Assembly (NCBI GenBank): GCA_964187785.1
Contig: OZ076418.1
Span: 28,644,001-28,708,000 of the forward strand
Direction: 5' to 3'
Length of the DNA: 64,000 nt
DNA from: Amphiscolops sp. MND2022
Taxonomy: Eukaryota
Position numbers and translations under genes: made by a program. Shown in pieces: positions 35,411-48,209 of the stretch. Each line of letters opens with the position of its first letter. Positions within the stretch are counted from its first letter, which is position 1. The notes beneath the pieces are model-generated. The model did not search any database, was not told where the DNA came from, and saw nothing but the letters and a program-made list of their open reading frames with translations.

Positions 35411-35671
35411 AAATGTTTCATCCATTTGCAAAGTAACAATATGCTTTGAATTTGTTATGTCTTGTTTGTATTTACCTGTTCATATCGTATGTACTTCTAG
35501 TGTCACAATTTATACACCCATCAGGCTGAGTACGTCTGATTTGGTATTTTCTATTAAATGATCAGGAAGAGATCTGCCAACTTTTGTTCAAGGAATTAAA
35601 AACGAAAAGAAAGGAGCAACTGAGACCGTCATATTATTAGTTAGGGCCTTTGAGTTTTTTCATCTGTCTTT

Positions 35672-36477
35672 TCAATATCTGAATGAGGCTGAGTAGTTAT
35701 GGTTAGGGTTCGGGCATAGATTGGACTTTTCACTTTTCGCAACAATAGTTTCCTTTACTTCTTGTGCATCTTTTTCTCGATTGTTTCTGGTAATTTTTGG
35801 TGTAATTTTGGATTCAAATATTTTGGAAATGTTCTGGATTTCTTGGCGTTTCCAATGTGGACTCATGATTTTTATTTTCTGATGTTTCTCTGACTGTTTG
35901 GAATTCTTTTTCATCATTAACGAGTTGTGTTGCTGGGGTTCCCCCACTGTTTTTGAAATTATCGTGGGCGGGTGGGTGGTATATTTCGGTTTGAGAAGTA
36001 AGTTCATATTCGACTGTGCCCTCTTGTTGGTAACCGTTATCCTGTTCGGCATCAAATGGGTTAGGTTCAAAATTCGTTGTCCCAAGTGTGGGCATCCAGG
36101 TCATTGTGAGAGATAAGTGTAAATTTTTGGCCATTCCGTTTCTCTGAGAAAAAGGAATTATCTGCGAGAAGAGCTTGCGGTATGTATTTGCGTAATCTGA
36201 TGAAAAGAAGAAGCTGCATTTTGTTTGTTCTAAGTCTACGAACAATATAGTTATTGTTCGGTAAGTTCTTTTCAATTTTATACGGTCCAACCCATCGAAA
36301 TTCACGAAAGGGTACCTTTGTTGCTTGTGTGTCTGCTTTCAAGTTCACAATAAAGCAATAGTCCTCTGTTGTTGAAGGTGCCGCATATGTTTTTCTATAA
36401 ATATTAGCCTTTATATTTAAGACAAGAATGCATTATATTTTTCTTTGGTATGAAGTAATGCAATTAGCCTCTGGAAT
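35672..36477 (-). pseudogene. pol: Integrase C-terminus and tail of element L
   Basis: KADTQATKVPFREFRWVGPYKIEKNLPNNNYIVRR (GPY motif), ending NLCPNPNHNYSASFRY*. Confidence 0.9.
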
Positions 36478-37030
36478 TCCTCTGTAAACTCTTTGGATTT
36501 TAACGATAAATCACGACATGATCACAACTTCACAACCCAATCAAGAACTACAACTCGAATTCTTTCTGAGTTTGAAAACTAGCTCTAAACCCGCGACTTT
36601 GTTGTTCTATGTTAAACCCGAGACAGAAAAGGACAGCTGTCTCAAAACCACTGAAACTCGATTCGGTCGTCTGGATTTTACAGGAATTTACTCCTCGAGG
36701 TCTATGGCCGTTGGGCCGTAGTATTTCTCCTGTCTCTCACGGCAAAGAAGTTGAATTTCCAGGCGAAGGTCAGACAATACAAAGTCCGAACACCGAGAAG
36801 AGAGCAAGTAATTCCAGCTATCCGATTGTCTGTTCTGGAAACTAAAGAATGAAAGATGCTAAATATCATCTATTCACAGTGAGACCAAAAAGAATCCAAT
36901 CGTATCTAGATATGAACTCAAAGTTTCTTGAACTGATTATTTAGGTATCAAACGGTTATCTTCTAGGCAGCTTTTGTTTTCATCCCCTTTTTTCTAAAAA
37001 AAACTTTTGCGGTTGCAAAATGAGGCCGGA

Positions 37031-37372
37031 TGTAAACTATTTGGATTTCAACGATGACTCATGACATAAACAACTCTAAAACCCAATCAAAAACTACTAC
37101 TTGAACTCATTCTGAATTTGAAAACTACCTATAAACTGACGAAGTTTTGTTCGATGATTTACCACCTGGAGAAAACTTGATGAGTTTGAACCTCAATTAA
37201 TAAAGATTCCATTGAATAGAAATGATAGACCCTGATTGATTGGAACGGTCTATCTTTTTTAACGTGTCTTTTGCAAATGAATATACAGGCCTACGAATCG
37301 ATCTGGGACGCTCTAAACGAGCCAACAGCAAGTGAACGATTATATGAAGCAAAGACACCCGAAGATTTCAGA
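37031..37372 (+). repeat. Middle BEL LTR (mosaic)
   Basis: Matches 42638-42982; preceded by the PPT and followed by the PBS. Confidence 0.92.
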
Positions 37373-37699
37373 TGGCGCCCACTAAAAAATCGACCCTGCT
37401 TTTACCTGGGATCAGCCGAGCACACTATCAACAACGGCTAACTCATTTTGCAATGGTGTAAATTTTTGGGAAACGTTTTGCTTCGTTGGTGGTTAAGATT
37501 AAGTTATCAAAGCAGTTTTTTAAAGTTTTAAATTAAGGTTATCCACCCAGTGGTTACTCCCAGATTTTCATTGTTATAATGCCTCTTGATAATCCGGCAC
37601 CTTCAACCTTCCAATAGCCAACAAATTGTTACCGACAGTTTCAAATTGGATTAATCCTAGGACTAATCAGAAGTTTTTTTCCTTCAATTGGCCATTTGC

Positions 37700-40600
37700 T
37701 CTTCCATTTTGAGCATCAATTTCCAGCTATCCTTCTTTTGCAGTGATTTTCTGCAATCTCCTAATTTGGGATCTACCATGCCTTCCAAATGTTACCAGCA
37801 AAAAACTTCGCTCCACAGCGTATTTTCCTTTTCGCCAAAGCTATTCGTCTCTTCAGCAGAATATACAGAGCCATTGATGAAGAAAAAAACCGATTTTGAT
37901 ATCAGCTCTTTCAACGGCGAACTAAAGAAAACCCTCACAGATGTCGACAAATCGACCTTCTTTCTACTCGACCATCTACCCGAGATTACCACCGATGAAC
38001 AATTCATTGCCGAATACACCAAACTCCAAAGTTCTTCAGAATGCAGAAATCTGCAGCTGCCAACCGGCCGATCCGAACCATGGGAGTCTACAACGTGAAC
38101 GACAGTTAACAAATTGTCAATGGAACAAGCGGCGATTCTTCAGATGAACAGAACGTACATTGCAGTATTTCTCATTAAGTTGTTTCCGACAACGAAACAA
38201 ATAATCAACAGCAATTTCCCGATGTATCACAACCAAACACGAGTCTCCATCAACCAACGTCTTCAAGAGCACAAACATCGTCACATGACTCCCTCTCTCA
38301 TTTACTCGACCCAAATTGGAAATTGAACCGTACGATGGAGATTCCACGAATTGGAATTTGTGGTATGGTCTTTTTACAACTCCCATACACAACCAACCCA
38401 CTTCTTTAGCTGAGAAAATGACACATCCCCAGACACTTACGACCAGAATAGCAAATCAGGCTATTTCAGACATTTCCTGCAGCAGCCAAGTGTACGACGC
38501 AGCACTTGCAGAGCTACATTACGCTGTTTCGGAAGACGTGAAAAAATAGTGAAAAAGTTTCTTCACGTCCTCCAGAATTTTCGTCAGCAAGTGATACAGT
38601 AACGTAACACTTTGACGGAGTTTTCAACTTTAATCAATAATCTCGTGGAAACTTTCCCGTAGCTGGGTTTCACCAATGACCCGAATTCGACACTCTACGT
38701 TAACAAACTGCCTCTACTCAAAGATTAAAGTGGACACAGTACGCTGTGAGTAACAATTTACAAAAACCAACATTTGGATCTGAGAATTCGCACTGTGGTA
38801 ACCTTATTTTCAAATTTGACGATCGCGCGACTTCAGCTCAATTTCAAAGAACCAGCTATCAAGAGTTACACCAGTCAAACAACTTCGACCTCTCTGCCCA
38901 TTCGACAAATTGGATCACCACCAAGCGCATCGCTCCACCTACAAGAAAGCAATCCTTGAACAGAGACCGCGAATGGTTTTATACAAAATAGTTTGTCGCG
39001 ATTGTTTAGGACAACACTTGAAGACTGATTGTAAATCACAACACTTCTGCCGCTCGTGCAGCCGCAAGCACCTTTCATCTTCATACGACGATAACTGGAA
39101 TAACCCTCGACAAACCCCTGAACAAACGAACGACAACCCAAATTTCAGACCGACACCAAAAACATTCTGTAGTAAGACGAAACCCAATCAAAGTCCTCAA
39201 TTTCCACAAAGCTCCTCATCCGACAAAACGCTGCCAGCCGCAAAAACTAGCACCGATGCACTGTTGGTGGCAGTACTTGTAACATTGGAAAAAGACAATA
39301 CTTTCGTTTCCTCCTACGATTCCTTTGACACCGGGAGTACATGTAGCTATCTACTCTCCATTTTGCGAACAGATTGAATTGCATTCTCAAAGCCGTGAAA
39401 CTTGAGATTGGAAGTTTTCACGAATCGAAAACCCTGGAAACAAAAAGAGTGTCTCTTACAGTTCGGTAACATCGCGGAATCCTTCAACCTCAGTCAAGTT
39501 TTTGTCTTACCATCCTTCAACCTCGCTGATGTCGATACCCATTCTCTCAACGCCATCTGTCAACAAAACCCACATCTCAGCGGAATTAGGTTTCCTCAGC
39601 TACTGCATAACCAGATTGGACTTATCTTGGTACAAGAAATCTTTGATTTTTCAACAGCTCGCGACAGTTTTCAAGAAAGGTTCAAACGCACCGGGCGCTG
39701 TTCTAACCGACATAGGTTGGACTATTGGCTGTCCCCATGATAGTCGCTACCAACAATCCACCTTTCACGCCACAATGTTCCAATGTCTTACATTTGCCGA
39801 CAAGCACCACGACGATGACGATTTGTAAAAACTTGTCTCGTCGTTTTGGAGAATGGAAAGCTCCAAAAAGTCCTCGGAGTGGATTGGAAACTGTCCACAG
39901 ACGAAATGGAAATTTCGCCTACCAAGCTAATCAGCCAATTCTAAGCCGAACCTACACAACGATCCTTTCTCCGAGCAACATCGTCCGTGTTTGACCCCTT
40001 TGGTATTGCCGCATCCGTTACAATCCGCTTTCGCATAATCCAACAAGCTATCTACAGTAAAGGTTTAAAATGGGAAGACGAAATAACCCCCTCCGTTTTG
40101 CCTGAAATTTTCGACACAATAGCCTAATTGCAAGAACTGTCTGCCGTCGCCATACAGAGATGATTGTTTCCTGACAAATATGACGCTGTCGCGCTCCATG
40201 TCCTCACCGACGCGTCCTATTCCGCACTCGCCGCTGTCACATATTTCATTTATCGACAATCGCCAACACCGACGCGGAAGTTTGTTTTGTACTGAGCAAT
40301 GCCCGAGTTGCGCTTTTGCAGCAACACACCATCACCAAACTCGAACTACAAACAGCCCTTTTGGGTTCGCGTCTCGTTAAGTTCATTCAACGCCAACAGC
40401 GTCAACGCGATCCACCTTTGGACAGACAGCACAACTGTCTTACAATGGATCAATGGATCTCATCAACGTCAACAAGTTTTTGTTGCCAATAGGGTAGCAA
40501 AAATATCCGAGAACACGCAAGCACATCATTGGAATCATTGGAATGAAAGCCCGCTGATGGTACACGTGGAATCCCTTTTTGCGATTTTCACAACGGCACT

Positions 40601-42459
40601 CGTTGGTTTCAACGACCTGAGTTCCTGAAAAAACCATCGTCAGAAGGGCCACTCAACTCTGCAAACCCGCAAGCATGTGTAAAAGTGAGCGCGTCCTTCT
40701 CATCAGACGTCCGAACAGCACAAGTCAATTCCTCTTCGGGAATTGGATTCGCACAAGAAGCCACAGACATAGTCACAGATGACGCCTCAGACGTCGCAGC
40801 AGATGTTGCCGCATCCGTAGCCACAGAAGAAGAAGAAGAAGAAGAAACAGCAGCAGAAGTAGGTACAGAAGAACAAGAAGGAGGAGAAGAAGCAATAGCA
40901 ACAGAAGTAGCCACAGAAGAACAAGAAGAAACAGCAGCAGCAGCAGCAGCAGAAGTAGCCACAGAACAAGAAGAAGAAGAAGAAGAAGAAGAAGAAGATG
41001 AAACAGCACCCGAAGTAGCTAACAGTGATGAAAGAAACCCTGTGCAACAAAGGTCACAGTAGTCGCCACCGTGTCACCGTTGCCCAAAAATACTGCACAT
41101 ATTATTGTTACTCTGGACTGTGTCACTAACATGGTGAATGAGATTAATTGTGGTCAATTGCCTCTATCAATCATACGTCATTATCGGGACATCTCGAACA
41201 CACATCGAGTAGATTGTTTTTTTCTCATGGGAACAATTAGTTCGAGTCACAGCTATCGTCCTCCGCGCAATTCAAAACTTTAAGAAACTTCGCCCTCCTC
41301 AATCACCTCGGACTGATAGTCGTTTACGAAAATCGCCCTTCGATAACTGTCTAAAACATGCTATGATACTGGATGGACAGCACCACATAGTTTGGTGATT
41401 TTCGAATTTCGAACGCCGGATCCATAATAAAGAAAATCATTCGCCACTGTTATGATTGCCGACGTCGAAACTCGTACGCTACATACCCTGAAGTGTCCAA
41501 TATCTCTCCGTTCCGTTTCCGTGCCGACCAACCCTTTCCGTTCCAGCAGACGGGACTAGATGTCTTTGGACCCTTCCCGTCAAAAACAACTTCGCAAACT
41601 TACAGCAAACGCTACTGATTTTAACCTGCCTAACCACTCGAGCAGTATACACAGAAATGTGCCATAATTCTTCCCTCTCTGCAACCATGACCGCTCTATG
41701 CCGTTTTTTTTTGCACGTCGTGGTCCACCACACTTGGTAATTTTCGACAACGGTAACAGTTTTACCGCTTCAGACAAAGAATTGCCTAGTTTTTTCTATC
41801 AACCATCTCTGCAAGATTTCTTCGGTCTACGAGAAGTTCGATGGATCTTTAAACCAACGAAAGCGTCTCATTTCGGAGGGGTCTGGGAACGACTCATACA
41901 TTTTTGCATAGACGCTTTTACGCCAATTTGGGCAGCAAGGCTCTATTAGATTGATTATACGTTTCACACCCTGCTATTTGGAATGGAACATTTCATGAAA
42001 AAGCGACTTTTGACAGCTGTCTTCTCCGACTCTGGAGACATTGAGCCACTAACCCACAATAATTTTTTTTAATGGGGAGACCCTACAGCAAAGTTCCACT
42101 CAGCTCAACCTTTCAGTCGCCTTCATCAATCACTAAACAGTGGAAGTATGTAAACTGGAAGATTACAGTTCCAGTAACCTATGGAACCGTCTTCAAAAAA
42201 GTCCTGTCCGTCCTTAAACGCGAGACAGAAAACGACAGCTGTCTCAAAACCACTGAAACTCGATTCGGTCGTCTGGATTTTACAGGAATTTACTCCTCGA
42301 GGTCTATGGCCGTTGGGCCGTAGTATTTCTCCTGTCTCTCACGGCAAAGAAGTTGAATTTCCAAGAGAAGGTCAGTACAGACAATACAAAGTCCGAACAC
42401 CGAGAGGAGAGCAAGTAAATCCAGCTATCCGATTGTCTGTTGTGGAAACTAAAGAATGA
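37700..42459 (+). pseudogene. gag-pol: Decayed BEL gag-pol lacking RT
   Basis: EIEPYDGDSTNW (gag), CRDCLGQHLKTDCKSQHFCRSCSRKH, FDTGSTCS (PR), then directly VFDPFG, HVLTDAS, HLWTDSTTVLQWI (RH) with no YVDD region; integrase DNGNSF, HFGGVWERLI, WPLGR. Confidence 0.88.
40745..41040 (+). repeat. Glu/Ala/Thr-coding low-complexity repeat with (GAA)n runs
   Basis: Repeated GAAGTAGCCACAGAA (EVATE) units, GAA runs and a GCA run. Confidence 0.9.
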
Positions 42460-42637
42460 AAGATGTTAAAGATCATCTATTCACAGTGAGACCAAAAAGA
42501 ACCCTATCGTATCTAGATATGAACTTAAAGTATCTTGAACTGAATATTTAGGTATCAAACGTTTATCTTCTAGGCAGTTTTCGCTTTCAGCCCCTATTTT
42601 CTAGAAAAAACTTTTGCGGTTGCAAAATGAGGCCGGA

Positions 42638-42982
42638 TGTAAACTATTTGGATTTCAACGATGACTCATGTCATAAACAACTCTAAAACCCAATCAAAAA
42701 CTACTACTTGAACTCATTCTGAATTTGAAAACTACCTATAAAATGACGAAGTTTTGTTCGATGATTTACCCCCTGGTGAAAACTTGATGAATTTGAACCT
42801 CTATTAATAAAGATTCCATTGAATAGAAATGATAGACCCTGATTGATTGGAACGGTCTATCCTTTCTTTAACGTGTCTTTTGCAAATGAGTATAGAGGCC
42901 TACCAATCGATCTGGGCCGCTCTGAACGAGCCAACAGCAAGTGAATGATTATGTAAAGGCAAAGACGCACAAAGATTTCATA
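42638..42982 (+). repeat. 3' BEL LTR
   Basis: Starts TGTAAAC after the PPT; followed by the TSD. Confidence 0.92.
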
Positions 42983-42987
42983 TCCTC

Positions 42988-44990
42988 TGCTACCTCAGTT
43001 TGGAGTTGATAGCGACAATTTGGGTTGTACACAAGTTTAAAATCTAAGATTTTATGCGGAATTCTTCCATGGAAGGATCGTGTTGGTTCACATCCGAGTG
43101 TTGCATGGTACGTTGTATTGTCATTTAAAACCGCCAATGGTAAAATTTTGTGCCAGTCTTTTCTGGATTCTCCGGCTTTAAGGTGTTCTTCGATTGATCC
43201 ATGGGTACGTTCTAACAGTCCAATTGTTTGGCCATGTTTTGTTGTGACAGATTTAACTTCTATGTTAAGGACTGCAGCTACTTCTCCGGTGACCTGTGAG
43301 TTGAATTGGTTCCCCATATCAGTGATGATTGTCGTAGACAAATACGTGTGTTTACAAAGAATGTCCATGACAATCCTTGCCACAACCGGGGCAGTGATCT
43401 TTGTGACTGGGTATGCAAACCAATAGCGTCAAAACACGTCTATTGCTGTGATGATGTTGTGAAGGATATCCATTTGCAAGATTGCTTCTGGACCCAAGTC
43501 CTTTTCAGGACAATTGATGAGTTCAGTTTTGAGAAGGTCAATATTGATGCGTTTGTTTTGGATGCACAATGGACGTTTTGTGACCCAAGGAGAGCATATA
43601 GAATTTCATCTAGGAGTTTGTTTGGGTAAGAGTATTTGATAGTGTGAGATTATACCCGTGTCATTGTAGTGTCTTCTTGTTATAACATCTTGTCTGCTTT
43701 CAATGCTGGTTTTGTTTTGCGGTAATCTTGGTTGAATTCAGTTTTATCGTAGGGCTCAGTCCCGAATTCGGCTCGAAGATTGCGTAGAGCTTGGTATTTG
43801 TTATGTTCTAAGCGGACGTTTGCGTTGTCTTCGAAGTGACCTTTTCTATAGTCGATTGTTCCCGCTGTGGGTTTAAGAAAATTTTGGAGTTCCGACACTT
43901 TATTTTCTGGGTCGTTGTGAGTTTCCTTTTTTGTTGTTTTGCGTAATGTTTCCTTTTTTTCCAACAGTTGTTGTTCCGTGGGGGTGTCTTGAGGGAGCAT
44001 GTAGAAGAGTTCATCTTCAGCAATTCATGTGGACTGTATGTTGCCTTCGATTGCTATAGTTGTAACGTCACTTCTTAAGTTCTTTTCAAGTTTTTCAGTC
44101 GGGTTAACTTCTGCTCTTGATAGAAAGTCGGCAGCTGTGTTCATATCTCCTGCGACATGTGCTATGACAAAGTTGCACCGAAGGATAAAATCACATGCGT
44201 TCCAGTAGGATGGTGGTATTCTTTTGGTATGGAAGAAGCGTGTTACCGAACGGTTATCAGTAGAAACGACAACATGGAAGTCACTTCCCCACATGAAATA
44301 ACCCAATTCGGAAGACGCATAATAACTTCCTAGGAACTCTTTTGCGTATATTGACATTTTGAGTTGTGTTGGTTTGAATGTTTTTGACACAAAAGCAATT
44401 GACATTGGTTTTGCTTCTGGATTGAAGCTTTTGGTTAGGATCATCCTCGATCAAGATGGCATATCCAGCTGCTGTAAAACTAGGATCAGTCATCAAGATG
44501 AGTGGTTTGTTCCTTATCGGTTGTTTGAGGTCAAGACTGAATGATGTTTCCACTGGTTGAATAAAATCATTGAAACTATCTAAAACTATGTTTGGTTAAC
44601 AGAATTGTTTCTTTTAGTAATTTGAAGAAAAGCGATAGCCATTCAGACAAACGAATAATGTCGTTTCAGTAGTGGTTGAGAAATCCAACATACCTTTGAC
44701 AAGTTTTTTCTGATTTCAGGAATTTTAGCTTCCGAAGGAATTGTTTGACTTTTTCGGTTTGAGGCGAAGCTCCTTGTTCGCCCAAGAAGGTGAATGTTCG
44801 TCCCAAGAAGTCGACTTGTTTGACCCCAAAACGACATTTAGGCATCGTAACTTTCAGGCGTGCTTTTCTGATGCATTTCCAATGTCATCAAAGTTTATAG
44901 GTATCGTAAACGTTAGGATTGTTCACAAAAGTGCTTAAGTGATTTAAATTATTTCTGCCCTGTATCATAAAATCAGGATTGAAAATTCTT
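42988..44990 (-). pseudogene. pol: Gypsy pol of element L (RT end, RNase H, integrase core)
   Basis: FDDIGNA (decayed YxDD), LILMTD.SFTAAGYA, KMSIYAKEF, TDNRSVTRFF, NTAADFLSR, TIITDMGNQF, QTIGLLERTH. Confidence 0.9.
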
Positions 44991-46480
44991 ATTTGCGTCG
45001 TTAGTTCGTCACCTTTGTTGGAAACAGGTGAACGCATTTTTGTTCAGGCGAACGCATTTCCTATTTGACTTCTAAAATGGTGGCACAACGAAGTTCCGCT
45101 CAGTTATTCTATCAACGCAGGCACGCCTGCTTGAACAATTAGTCGATTTCTAAGTCGAAAATTTCAGGTGCATCGCGACAGAAGTATGATTAGCAAAAAT
45201 GGCAGCCTAAACGAATTAACTAGTTTTGAGGAATGGAACTTTCTGCAGGTTTGATTAGGAAAGGAAGAAATGATGCTAAGATTACTGTCTATCTGACTTT
45301 CTTGTAGAAAATCGTTTCAGTACAAAACACAAAATTATAGCTTGGACTTTACGCACAATACACTAATACGATTTGGGCAGCATGTTAACCACCTTTTTAA
45401 AATTTTCAGGTGCAACTAATCATAAAACACAACACAAATTAACATATCACAGTATCAACAAACGGCATTAACAATAATATGTACTAATGTTAGCTTTCGT
45501 ACTAGAAGCTCTGAATGCACTTGTTGATTTCGGTATACGTTGATCTTACGTTATTATGCTGAAAAACTTACTGTTTTATCAAATAGCAAAAATGAATATG
45601 ACGTTTACCCAACGTTTATTTTAGGTTGGTTTTTTCACATTTCAAATGAATGCATCAAGAATTGGCAGGTCAAATCTCACTTTACAATGCAGCTTACTTT
45701 CTTTCGATGCGATCTTTCCACGTTTGCTTCGACATTAGAATTTTTAAATATCTTTGTTCCTTAAGCTTAAGGTAGGAAACCTATCTACTTCCTAGTATCC
45801 TGCGTAAAATGTAACGTAGCGCTGACATACGTATCAAGATTAGTTTTATTTCATTGGCGGCCTGACATAGATGCTACGTCAGGTATTCGTGAAAATCATT
45901 CCAACTAGTAGATGATGACGTCACATAACCAATTTTATCTATCTGAGCACAACTGATTTGGCAGAGAAGCGACGTTATTGGCTCGCAAAAGAGCAGTACC
46001 GGTTACTAGCGTAACTGAGTGACATTGCCATAGTGTTGTAATTATTTGCTTGAATTACATGACTGTACTTTAAGTGAATTTCGACTACAGGCTTAGTACT
46101 ATAGAACGCATCAGCACCTTGTTTTGTGTTTTTGTTTTAAATCATAAGTTTTGCGACGGAATCACGTTGTTTGATATTTTCTTATTTTTCAATTCAGGGT
46201 GAAGAAAAGAAAAACGGTTCCCTTTTAATCTTTTTGTCTGTTTCGCCCTTTTAGATCAAAATGGAAATGCAAGAAAAATTGAACCGAAAGTAGGCGTGAT
46301 CACGTGTGAAATGTTAAACCGGAAGTTTTAGTTTATTTTCCCAAAGGTTTAGATTTTGTGTCGCATCTACGTCGACTTGTCCTATTTAAAATCCTTGATG
46401 AGTTGCAATAAGATATAAACTAACTTACGCGGCGTTTGTGCGTCCATGTCTTCTCCCTAGTAGTTGCCTATGAATTCCGT

Positions 46481-46508
46481 GCTGGCGTACGTCCGTACGT
46501 ACGCCAGC
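46481..46508. other. Perfect GC-rich hairpin, 12-bp stem and 4-nt loop
   Basis: GCTGGCGTACGT CCGT ACGTACGCCAGC. Confidence 0.8.
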
Positions 46509-46739
46509 CGGGAGCGGGCAGTGACAATGGCCTAACTGAATGGTTTCATTCTCTCATAAAACTTTGCCTAAACTTCTCTTGAACTGTGAAATACAATGTA
46601 CAAAAAGTCTGTTACATGAAGCATGACAACAATTTTGAACAAATCAGTAATATCGCAATCAATTGCATGAGAGAATGTTGTGGAATAAAGGTGTACAGAT
46701 TATTTGACTGATGAGCACAGCTTTAAAACTAGAATTTTG

Positions 46740-47330
46740 CAGTTCTGTCTACTATACCTCGAAGAATCACTTTTTCAATTTCGGTGTTTATAAAATTTGG
46801 GCAACAGTTCCAGCTCCAACTGTTATGTGGTCAAAGGTTCCCCTCTTTTCCGCCGTCTTGTTGGGTCACAGCTTTTGTTGCGGGGTCTTCAATTGCGAGC
46901 TGTTGGTAGCGCCACCGCTGACCTTTCAAGTGTTTCTCGAAGGAATAGTGGCGGATGATCTTCGTGGCCCCTCTTCCATAGACACATTTCTTTTACAGAT
47001 CTGGTGGTAGAAATTATAAGGATTCTCCTTTGGATCTACTGGTTCGGAAACGTACGTTCGTGTCAACGCGATCCCATCAAAATACACAAAATTTTGCACA
47101 AACGTGCCTTGGGGCTTTCGCCTTGGGGCTTTGATTCTACATTAGAACGAGTTTTGTTTTTCTGACCCCGTTTCCGCATGAGTAGGATGCTTTAACGATG
47201 CTAGTGTTAGTTCGGGTCTGTCAAAAAGTAAAAAATGAAGGCGACCCTTGGTCAGCAGATCCACAGGAGGATTCGCCCTTGTTGGAACTGCTTGAACGTT
47301 TTGCATGTACTTTAATGTTGCCTGCAACTT
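46740..47330 (-). pseudogene. Fragment of a third ORF-B-like zinc-finger gene
   Basis: PKENPYNFYHQICKRNVSM..G / KIIRHYSFEKHL..QRWR across a frameshift; same finger pattern with the first Cys changed to His. Confidence 0.5.
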
Positions 47331-48209
47331 TTATTATGATTTTTTTAAACACTTACTGAAACTCATGCAAAATTAATTACCGGTTGTTTCCGACTTTTTT
47401 CGAGCTCTTTGAAAGATTCATCAAAGATTTGACGGAAATTCTAAGCATTCAAGTTTTGCAGATTGCATTAAGGAGCAGTTTTAATTTTGAAAGCAAATAA
47501 ATCGCTCTCATTCTATCAGACATTTCAATGCAAGATAACTTCAGTCACGTAATAAACTGCAAATTAGCGTCATGTTTAGCGTCCTGTTTAAGAAGCGGTG
47601 ATCACATCAGATGAGAAGTTGAGAAAACAAAGTGTAATTACAAAGTGACCGTGTCAGTGGGTGATAAAGTGGCATTTATTTTCAAATTTGACTGCAGTAG
47701 TGAAAAATGCAGTGTAATTCTACAAAATTTACCCTCTGAATTACCACAGAAATTTCTATGTTTTATAAACAACTTACCCTACATGCAGGCCTGCAGCATG
47801 TAAAAAAGTTGCTGCCGTCTCAACTAGGGCGAGCGGAGAAAGAGCATCCGCTTTAGACGTTTCACTGCCAGAGTTTAACTTCCAATATCTGGGTCGTTTT
47901 CTGTTCATAAAATTTAACAAGTGATAGATTGGCGGAAAAATTACACTGATGAACAAAATGATGTTTCAGCATCAAGATGATATCCAATTTGACAGGCGTT
48001 TTTCTTACTCGACAAGATAATCAATATGTTTTTTTTGGTTATAATAGTGTGCCATTATCTTTTGTCTTTTAGTTCTAGAAAGAGAAAAAGTTTAGTTACG
48101 TTTTTCAGCAAGGTTGATAAAAAAATCAAATCGGTTTTTCGAAGCATGTGTCTTCCCGGATACTCCATAGCTCTAACAACTCATTTGCAATTAAATGCAC
48201 ATGATGCAT

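Larger units (their letters stand above)
36483..42982 (+). mobile_element. BEL/Pao element with three LTRs and RT deleted, inserted into the integrase of element L
   Basis: TSD TCCTC at 36478-36482 and 42983-42987; removing the insert restores integrase QTEVAE..FQRLI. LTRs at 36483-~36612 (truncated), 37031-37372 and 42638-42982; PBS TGGCGCCC at 37373; PPT-like AAAATGAGGCCGGA. Confidence 0.9.
22583..45000 (-). mobile_element. Giant Ty3/Gypsy element L, decayed and 5'-truncated; carries an accessory region, the tandem duplication and a BEL insertion
   Basis: LTR end TGTGATAATC at 22583 (duplicate at 28281), matching the PBS-adjacent LTR end of element R; pol fragments at 35672-36477 and 42988-~44990 join across a TSD. 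Confidence 0.8.

Noticed and set aside
40609-41050. Minus-strand ORFs rich in Leu, Phe/Cys or Ser/Ala
   Set aside because: They are antisense shadows of the GAA/GCA repeat; such repeats lack stops in several frames.
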